From Paraspadella gotoi (taxonomy: Eukaryota; Animalia; Chaetognatha): 64,000 nt of DNA. Position 1 is the first letter of the stretch. The number at the start of each line of letters is the position of its first letter. The stretch covers positions 10,261,741 through 10,325,740 of the forward strand of contig CM119270.1 of NCBI GenBank assembly GCA_051294375.1. Reading direction: 5' to 3'. A program made the position numbers and the translations under genes. Shown piece by piece: positions 54,279 through 64,000 of the stretch. A model generated the notes under the pieces. It did no database searches and was not told the DNA's origin. It was given only the letters and a program-made list of their open reading frames with translations.

Positions 54279-57200
54279 TCTCGTCTCTCTCCTCTCTCTC
54301 TCATCCTCTCTTCTCTCTCTCTTTTTCCTCCTCTCTCTGTTTATGACCCACAATCTGTGACTCGTTTTTCATTTCCTTCTTATTTTTTGATATACCCGTC
54401 ATCATCCGCGATATTAGCAAAAGTATTATGGTGATGTCAAATATGTAATCCTCGCTCCTCATTCCTCTTCCTCCTCTTCTTCTTCCTCTTCTTTCTCTTC
54501 CTCTTCTTCTCCTCCTCCTCCTGCTGCCTTCCCCTCGTCGCTAAAAACCCAAAACATTAAACATGACTTTTTTTTCGTTGCTTTGTCTCGCTTTTGTCCC
54601 TCAATGTTTCGGGCGTCTGCTTTGAGCCCCATAATTCTTGCGCAAACAATATCGAACAGACGAAAGGGCGGTTGGGCGGCGGCGCGCGCCGGCGGCGGCG
54701 GCGGCGGCGCGATCTGCGGCTGTAGGCGGTAGAGGTCGTGTTAGTGGTAGTGAGTAGGGGATGAGTGAGTGGTCAGAGTCAGGCGTGAGCGACCGCGAAG
54801 TTCCCATATCTCGTTGCGGCCATTCCACACAGGCTAATATGGACCCAAAACCTCTCCGACGCGATTTTATACGCCATTGTTCTCTCTCTTCTCCTTTCTC
54901 TCTCTCTCTCTACTCTCTCTCTCTCTCGTCTCTCTCGTCTCTCTCTCTCTCTCACTCATGGCAAAGTCAAAGGCCTTTATCCCCCTTTTCATTCATATAG
55001 CAAGTTTTGAGAAAGAGAAACAAAAAACATGGGACACAGAAAGAGAAGAGGAAAAAAAAGAGAAAGAAAAAAACCCTCACTTCTTTGAAAATATTTAAAA
55101 GATCAGTTTTTCCTCTGTTCGACGGAGGAGCTGCGTCATATTTGAGAGAGGGACTTTGGCGCAGGGATTTTGAGGGGAAATCGCTTTAGGTTCGATACGT
55201 GAGAGAGAGGAGCACGAGCCAGAAGAGAGCAGAGACGAGAGGAGAAGAGACGAGATGAGCGACGAAGAGTCATCGAAGAGAAGAGAGAGAGAGAGTGGGG
55301 AGAGCGGCGAGACCCCCATTGATGCCCGGACGAATAAAAAAGCTATTATGCTTTTTTTTATGTTTTGTATCAATTTGTCGTGACTAACTCGTTTCGGATG
55401 GAGAAAACATTAACCGAGCTCGGGACGTCTTTTTTCTTTTTCCCTCAAACTTGGGATTTTTTCGGGGTATTTTATTTTCTTTTCTCGTTAAGTTTTTGTT
55501 TTTATGTTTAAGTTTAGCTTTTGTTTATTCTGACATCTCCATACACTGTGGCGAAATCTATTTGAATCTGGGCTTTAAAATGAAAACAAATAGTAAATTC
55601 GCTTTGGACAACTGAATTATTTTTTCTGTATAATAATATGGATTATTTATTTTATTTCCAACTGATTAAATTTTTTACTGCTTTTAAATGGTAATATTTT
55701 ATTTTATTCTTCCATGTTTGACTGAGTTTCTCACTTTTCTCAATCTCTTCAATTTTCTCTTTTTTTCTCCATTTTTCTTCCGACTTTTTTCATGCGTAAC
55801 ATTTTTCCATCTTTATCTTTCTTCTTTGTTTCCTCTTATTCCTTCTTCACTCTTCACAATGTCATCCCTCCTCTTTTTTTCTCCATTTTCTCCCCATTTC
55901 CTCCCTCTTTCCTCCTCCTTTCCTCCCCCTTTCCTCCCTCTTTCCTCCCCCTTTCCTCCCTTTTCCTTTCCTCTTCGGTTTTATTCTGGTTTTTGCCTCG
56001 AGTTTTCATTCATCGAGTAAACAAAAGGCGCCGAGCCGACGGAAACCTTGATGATGCCGCAAATACTGTTGACGCAACAACATTTGACGCAGCAACAGTT
56101 GACGCTAACAGGAATTGCCGCAACGAGGGAAACAATCGGGGAAAAGGAAATGGGATGTATATTCTTGAAAGAGATAATAATTATATAAGTTTAAGTAATC
56201 ATCAAACAATTAAACTAACAAAAAACTTAACAACGAAGGCTCGCTTAATAAAGATAAATCTTAGTATATCCATTCATTTAATATAATGATATTTTATTCT
56301 CCAACCCTCTTTCTACTCTTTTTAAATATCACTAATTTCGAGTATTATAATACATTTAATTTTTAATGTTATTAAAGTTTCCAACTATAATTTTAACTTT
56401 TACATAAATTTCCTGCTTTTTCTGAAATGATAATTTCATCTTCTACTTATTTTATTACGTTAGTTCGTTCTCACATCGTTCTCACCTTGTTTTCACTTCG
56501 TCTCACTTCGTCTTACTCTCTTTAGAAAAAAGAGTCTAATACGACATCATTAAAATTAAAATTAAAATTCAAGATAAAAAAGACGAATTTAGTTGAATAC
56601 GATTCTCGGCTTCGCATTGCGCTTCAGAGGGTGGTTAGGGAAACATCGGGGATGGCGCAGGTAAATCCTCTCCCTCTCCCTCTCCTTCTCTGTCTCCCTC
56701 TTTCTCTTTCTCCCTCTCCCTCCCCCACTCTCTCTCTCCCACTCTCGCTCTCACTTCCATTCTCTCTTCGCCGAAGCGAATTCCCAATTTCGCCGGGAAA
56801 CCATAATCTAATTTGCATAACGAAATTTCATCTTCTTTTTTGGTTCCTCGTTTCCCTCCGCACCACTTCGGTCCATTTTGGCGTTTCATCGCCACCGAAG
56901 CGCCATCTCTCTGTCTCTTTTTGTCTCCCTCACTTTGTCTTTCTTCGTCTCTGTCTCACTCTCTCTTCGCTTTTTGACTCGGAGCCTCTGCGCCTCGTTT
57001 GTTATTTTTATGCTCGCGTTCAGGTTCTGGTTTAAACGAAAAACTTAACATAATGAAGTACAGTAGTTTAAATTGTTATCATTAACATCAACTTTAACAA
57101 AATCATCATCTACTTTATCATCATCATCATTATCATCATCATCATCATCATCATCATTATCATCATCATCAACTACAACAACAACAACAACAACAACAAC

Positions 57201-57571
57201 CACCTCACCATTCGCGGCAGCCGCAGTCGTTTCCCCTTTCGACAATAGCGGGCGTCTTCCTCTGGATGATTTTGGGAGGTGGGGTCGTGGAGATTTCTCT
57301 CTCTCTCTCTCCTCTCTTCATCTCTCATCTCATCCTCTCTCTCTCTCTCTTCCTCTCCTCTCTCTCTCTCTGTCTCTCTCATCTCTTTCTCTCAGCGTCG
57401 GCGCACTTTCCGGCGATGGGCGTGCACAGCGCCGCTCGCGCCCGCCCGCCATACCGTCCGTCCCGCATCTCAATTACCTCGTTGAAGAAGCATTTGAAGC
57501 TCAAAAATCGGCTTCCAAAATGTCTTGCATTTTGCCTAATTTGCGCATCGAGAGAGAGAGAGAGAGAGAGA

Positions 57572-57640
<69 letters not shown>

Positions 57641-58642
57641 CACCCTTGCCTTCCAAACGATCGTTTTCTCTCCCACCCAGAAAAATACCCAAAATGTCCC
57701 CTACCAACTCCTCTGGGAATATAAAACCGTCATTCCTCACCACGCACCCACCTCATTACAACATCCTCTCCATCTCCCGCAGGCGCGTACACGCCTACCT
57801 TACCTTACCCTACCTTCATTACCACGATTTCCCCCGCGCACTTTCTCGCTTCCTCATAACCACAACTCGATCCCACTTCCGAAACGCGAAAGCACAAAAA
57901 AAATCCTTCCCTTCCATTTTCGAGCGACGGTTTTTAAACCGGAGGTTTTTGTTATGCAAAAAAGCCCAGGGGTCATTATCTCCATCAAATGTACTGAGCC
58001 GAGCAGTTAATCGGGGGAGGAGAAGGAAGAGGAAGAGAGTTGGGAGGAAGGAGGGGGAGAGAGGAAGGAGAAAAAGAGGAGGAAAGATAAGATGGGAATT
58101 GAAGGAAGACGGGAAGGGAGTAAGGAATTAAGAGGATAAGTATCTCTTTAGAAATTTCATCGAAGAATAAGAACGGCGCTGCACTAAAAGACGACATCTA
58201 AAGCTGGACTTTAGTCGAGACTGGCATTGCACCCTGAAAGCATCTCAACTTGAGTCAAATGAACGTTTCAACCTTCCGGTCGGGTTAACTTTGTTATGTC
58301 ACAAACATCATCAGTCCTTAGACGACCGCATCTTCAAGCACCAGTATACCTTGCACCATCTTAAGGACAACCCTCCTCACCTCGGGGAGACCTTATCTAC
58401 CCCGTCACCCACTCCCCCGACGTCCCCTACCACTTTCCACCCTCTCTTCTGCCACCACGACCGAGTCACGTGCCACCCGCAGCTCGGGGGACTAAAAGTG
58501 GCTTCCCGAAGATCGTTTGCGCCAAACCGTAATTTCCTTTCCTCTCTTGACTCTCTAAATACCTTCCTTTTTGCTCTCGCTCTCTCTCTCTCTCTCTCTC
58601 ATCTCTTCTTTCTTTCTTCTTTCTTTATCTTTCTTTATCTTT

Positions 58643-58690
<48 letters not shown>

Positions 58691-61600
58691 TGCTTTCTTT
58701 TCTTTCTTTCTTTCTTTCTTTCTTTTCTCTCTCTCTCTCTCGCTCATTTTCTCCTTTTAGGCTTTAAGCTTTCAACGAATATTGCACAAATATTTTTTTG
58801 TCAAACTTCATCATTGTGGAGATTCTCACAAAAGATGACTTATTTTTAGATGTGCGATTCTTTTCCCGCCTTTTCATATACAATTATACATCCTTTCATT
58901 TTATCACTCCTTCTTTCCTTCTTTCCTTTTTTCCTCATTCGTTTCTTCCTTTCCTTCCCGCTTTCCCCGACTTCACGCCTTCCTCACGCTAACTACTTTT
59001 CCCCGGAAAATTTCCGGTTCTTCTCCTCCATTAGGGTCCCGTGTTCGAATCCCGTTGCCGCCCCTAATTTCTTTCAAATGGCGAAAGACCACCATTTTGA
59101 GGAGAACGAGAAAGTGTAAGAGAAAGAGAGGGAGATCTAGAATGAGCGAGAGGGAGAACGAGTGCAATAGAGAGACAGAGATAGAGAGAACGAATGCGTC
59201 AACGCCGTGATTTCCTTCATCATTTTGACTGTGAAGGTAAATTTTTTTGGAACGAGAAGAAGAGAGATTGTCGGTCTTCGACGTAAACCTTTCTCTCTCT
59301 CTCTTTTCCTCCTCCGAATCCCCTCTTCTCCCTCTCTCCTTTCTCTCTCTTTTCCTCCCTCTCTTCTTCCTGATCCCCTCTCCGCTCTCTCTCCTTTCTC
59401 TCTCTCTTCCTCCCTCTCTTCCTCCCTTCCTTCCTCCTTTTTTAGCCTCATCAGCACGTTTTCAAATGGGCTTCTAAGGAGAAGTCGTGTGACTTTAATT
59501 CCTCCTTTTTTTTCCTCGAGTAAGAAAGAGAGAAATTTTTTGAGGGAAAAAAAGGAAGACGAAAGGAAAAAAGGAAATCTGGTGATGGTGATGACGACGA
59601 CGACGATGTCGATGACGACGAATACGTTGCGATATGACTTCTGCGGTCGTTTCAGAGCCAAACCCACGCCTACAACCGATGCGTCGCCACGTCGCTTCAT
59701 CGTCGGCCGGAAATCAACGTCTAAACTTGCGTCGTCATCGTCCTCATCGTGTTGTTTGTCCGGCGTTTTATCTCCTTGTCGTCGGCGTCCGGTTCAATGT
59801 TTCCGGCAAGAATTTCATTAACGCCTCCTTTCAATTATTTTCAATTGTATTTTTCCTTCAAAAAAGAAAAGCTTTTTCCTCTTTCCGGCATCTTCATTTT
59901 TTTCCGGACTTTCTCCGCATTTTTCTCTTTTTCTTTTTCCGCCCTTTACTTTTCCGACTGCGTCCTTCCGCTCAACTGTGCCTCTTCGCTTCCGGTTGGG
60001 CGATCGCGCTTCGCCACTTTCTTTCTTTCTTTCTTTCTTTCTTTTTTTCATTCTTTCTTTCTTTCTTCCCCCGACGGAATCACAGCCACACCATACTGAC
60101 ATATTGATGTTGGATTTTGTCACTGTACAAGGGAGAATTTGGCATTTCACATCTCAAATCCCTGACACAACCTTCGAAATTATTCGTTTCAGTATTAAAC
60201 TGTTCACTAATAAAAGTCGGTATTAAATTAAATGTATCGGTATATACTAATCACTTTATTCGCAATGCTTGCTTATTTTCCTATCACAAAAACAATGGGC
60301 TTTTACTTGCTTTTGGTGCACCGAACATTGTGCAGGGTAAAACATGCTTCTCGCAGACCACAACCACCTCGTACTCGCAGAATTGCGCTACTAGAAAATC
60401 GTTCGTACGGCAAAAGCGCGCGCTTTTTTTTCAAATCTCGCGGGTTCCGAGGAAAAAGGTTTGACCCTTTCCTAAGTCTATTCTGACGTGAGGTCACGCT
60501 CCCACGGATTTTAAGGCAGCCGTTGTTTTGCCCTCTCTCACTCGTTTCTCTCGATCTCTTCTCTCCTCTCTGCTCTCTCAACTCTCAACAGTCTCCTTCA
60601 CTCTCTCTCCTCTGATCTCTATCCTCTCTATCCTCTCTCCCTTCTCTCTCTCTCGTCTCTCTCTCTTCTTCTTCCCCGATCTCTCTCTCTCTCTTCTCTC
60701 CTCTCATTTCTAATCTTTCCTAATTAATAAATAAATATAGTAATATTTTTAACGGTCTAGATTAATTTTTTTTTATTTTCTAACCCTTCTGTTTTCCATA
60801 CTCCTTTCAAACACCCGACCCTACCCCACCCCATTGGCTTCGTCGCCGTCGTTCTAAAAGCTATACCGTGGGATTTTGTAAAAGAGTTAGAAATGTAATT
60901 TGTGAATTTGCATTGGAAAGAAAAAAAAAAGAAAGGGGAGAAGCCGCGTAGGGGGGGGGCGAAGGGAGAAAAATTACGCAATGCAAATCGGGAATTTGTT
61001 TTCGAGCGGTGAAATTTTCCATGAAAATTTATTTTTTTTTTTTTTTTTCATATTTCGGCGGTATTTTGAATAATATTTTTTTGCCGTCGTCGTCGTTGGA
61101 TTCTTAGAAGAAAGAATAGGATGAGGAGGGGAAAGAGACCAAAATAAAGAATATAACGAAATAAGTTAAGAGGTAGAAAAGTAAAAACAACTGATATCGA
61201 AACATAAAGATAAAGAAAATAGGGTTATAGCTGTGATTTTTTTTTTTAAAATATCGTTCGAAAGATTTTCTTCCGTCGTACGACTTGATACGAACTTAGG
61301 CAAGACCGCTCTGTTTCTTACTTATAAGACTTAAGCACTCGGGAACATTTTTAAATAAACCAAAATTCTATCGACGAAGGATGATTAAAAAGATGAGGTT
61401 CGTTACTGCTTGCTGTAACAAATTGAAAACTTGGTACGTTTTCCATCGGAAGGAAATCATATAAAAACATCTGAGGGTTTTACGTCTAACAAACCCAAGC
61501 GTTCAAGAAGAAAAAAAAAGATTTTCCAATGCGCGTAAAGTTAAAAAGAAAGAGAAAAAAAAGAAGAAAAAGAAAAAATAAACATAAATGAAAATAAGGA

Positions 61601-62388
61601 AGAGGAAATAGAAAGGAGAGAGAAAAAACTAACGGTTAATACGTAGACAATAATAGGAAAGAAAGGGGAAAAAATAGTAACAATTACGAGGAATAGAAAA
61701 CTGATGAGGGAGAACGATCAGATTACAGCAGTGCAGTGATCAGGAGAAAGGAACGAAGGTGAAAGGAAGAGAGAAGAAGAGAGAGAAGAGAGAGAAGAGA
61801 GAGAGAGAGAGGGAGAGAAGGAGAGAGAGCGGGAGAGAGAGAGAGAGAGAGAGAAGAGAGAGAAGAGAGAGTGGTCTTTGGCGAGGAGAAATAGAATATT
61901 TTATCTCTCTCGTCGATCTCTCCCGTCTCCTCCTCTCTCCCTGCTCTCTGCCTCATCTCTTACTCCTCATCTCAGTCCCTGTCCCTTCCCCCCCCTCTGA
62001 CTCACGTCCCTCTCCCCTCCATGTCGCTCTCACAATCCTCTCAATCCCTCTTTCTTCTTCTTCGCCTCTCTTCTGTGTTCATCTCCTCATCCTATTCCCC
62101 TCCTTCACCCCATCCTCCCATCTGCACCACCTGCACATACTCATACCTCCCGCTTCCTCTCTCGCATCTTCACGCTCATCGTCCCGTCAAGTTCTCGGTC
62201 GATACCCAGCGTTCGATCCGTCCTTCATCCTCTCCCGTGCTCACCTGGTGCTCGCCTCTCGGCTCCATCCCTTAATACCGGTGTTTTTCAATGGGGGAGG
62301 GAGAGAGAAAGAGAAAAAAATTTCATTCTTCCTTCCTTTACTTCGTCTCATTAAGATTAATTTGTTGAGAGGAAGAGGCGCGTCTTTG

Positions 62389-62643
62389 TTGGCGCCAAGA
62401 TCCGCGATTGGTTCCGGCGCGCGAGGTTTCGACTCATCCGGTTGGTCGGTAAGCCAAGAGAACCTCGCTTTTTGATTGGCTATACGAAGACTATGAAGAC
62501 TCACGATTGGTCGGAATCGCGAGAGCGTTGCTACTTTCGGATTGGCTTTCAGAGAGAGACTCGTAGCTCGGATTGGGTTCAGTGAAAGCCGCGAAATCTT
62601 TGTCGCTATTGGACAGATAATAAGGAAAAAGACCCCTCATTGG
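62389..62643 (-). promoter_or_regulatory. Phased array of 8 co-oriented CCAAT (NF-Y-type) boxes with adjacent E2F-like sites
   Basis: ATTGG at 62407, 62475, 62506, 62541, 62572, 62608, 62639 and GTTGG at 62441; spacings 34, 34, 31, 35, 31, 36, 31. Flanks largely fit RRCCAATSR. Palindrome TTGGCGCCAA at 62389-62398. Confidence 0.6.
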
Positions 62644-63740
62644 TTACTCAGACCAGGGATAAGTAAAGAGGATGAGAACTGAGAAAGAGAGGGGGCGGCT
62701 GGTGGGGAAGGAGGGGGGAAGCGGCCTCGATCTCGCAGTCGACGCTCTGTCTCCATCATTCGCAGCGCCTACGAGACGAAAGGTTGTGCGCGGGGATAGG
62801 GCGAGTGGGGAGTTGGTGGGTTGGTGAGGAGGGCTTCTGTAAAGTGATGGTAAGTGGGACAAGTGTTGATGCGGAGTCGGTATGGTGTTAGTGGGTGGGG
62901 CTCTCTCGAGTTTCTAAGACGCGGCCTCCATGAAAGGAGAAGATATGACGGATCGAGGGAAATGGAAACGGATGGAACCGGGATGGAACCATCCCCCGTG
63001 GGGTTTAAAGATAGGTGAGGAAGTAAAGCGGGGGGGTGTCGTTTGAGGGTAAGGGGGCGAGAGGAAGAGGAGGGGAAAGAGAGCTCGTCGCCCCACCTCC
63101 GAACCCCGAAACGACTTCTATTGTAAGACGCGGAAATTTGTCAGAGTTATGATGGCTCCGTGTGTCGGTTTATCACAGGAGAGCAAAGCGGAGAAAGCTT
63201 TTCTTACTACTTTTCATTCTCAAGGCTAAGGATGAGAATCTTTTCCCCTCACCACTTCCTCTACTCGTCTTTTNNNNNNNNNNNNNNNNNNNNNNNNNNN
63301 NNNNNNNNNNNNNNNNNNNNNNNNNNNNNNNNNNNNNNNNNNNNNNNNNNNNNNNNNNNNNNNNNNNNNNNNNNNNNCTTACTTTTCATTCCAGAGGCGC
63401 TAAGGGATGAGATCTTCTTCCCCCCCCCCACACTCCTTCCTACTTTCGTCTTTCTTTTTTTTCTTGTCATTTTCCCTCCGCTCCCGCTCACTCCCCTTGA
63501 GAAAAGAGAAAAGAGAATCGAAGAAGAGAAGAATGAGAAAGATGAAAAGAAGAAAGAAAAAGAAAGGACAAAGAAAAGGGAGAAAGAAAGAAAGAAAGAA
63601 TAAAGAAAGAAAGAAAGATAGAAAAGGAAAAGACAAACGTTTGGTTTCGTCTGATTCGTCGTCGTCGTCGTCGGCGACGGCGGCGGCGGAGAGAAAGCGA
63701 AAAGGGGGGCGTCGATTGATTTACGAAGACGCGGGTGACT

Positions 63741-63774
<34 letters not shown>

Positions 63775-64000
63775 AAACGAAGGGAAAAAAAGAATAAAAA
63801 TGACTAAAGAGAGAAAAGGAAAGACGGAAACTAGGATGACTCTGATGACAAAGTCGGAAAATAACAATAACAAGAAACTGACAAAAGTGAAGACAATCGA
63901 AACGACAAGGAAAAAGATTAAGAGGATGACGCTGATGTTTTTTGAAAGAGCATGCCTAAAATTTTTGGTGCTGCTTAGACTGGTACGTGTACCTCGAATT

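Noticed and set aside
57073-58131. Longest ORF (352 aa)
   Set aside because: Concatenation of (ATC)n, (AAC)n, (CT)n and (GA)n repeats that lack stop codons; no domain.
59030-59065. tRNA T-arm/B-box-like GGTCCCGTGTTCGAATCCCG (similar GGTTCCAATCCC at ~29023)
   Set aside because: No A-box/D-arm, anticodon arm or acceptor stem could be folded; at most a SINE scrap.
62407-62643. CRISPR-like appearance (regular motif plus ~30-bp unique spacers)
   Set aside because: The constant part is only 5-7 bp and not palindromic, there are no cas genes, and the context is eukaryotic.

Overview
Eukaryotic (metazoan, probably protostome/arthropod-like) draft-scaffold sequence, not prokaryotic. It is saturated with (GA)n, (CTTT)n and (ACG)n microsatellites, has many N gaps and no obvious CpG depletion; almost all listed ORFs are translations of simple repeats. 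The only host coding piece I can support is one 172-bp internal exon (49767-49938, +) of a Meis/homothorax TALE-homeobox gene, so much of the window is probably its large introns. The region 5.5-26.4 kb contains an apparent giant inverted repeat, a 2-kb direct duplication and a 4.7-kb compositionally foreign insert. Insertion-type noise and two exactly 25-N gaps suggest long-read gap-filling artefacts of a single ~5.5-kb locus. That locus carries a deleted Tc1-like transposon, a Helentron/DINE-1-like element and a 29-bp minisatellite. The best candidate novel biological signals are a phased array of 8 co-oriented CCAAT boxes (62407-62643, 31-36 bp spacing) and a YCAY cluster directly behind the Meis/hth 5' splice site. 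I found no convincing new multi-gene system.
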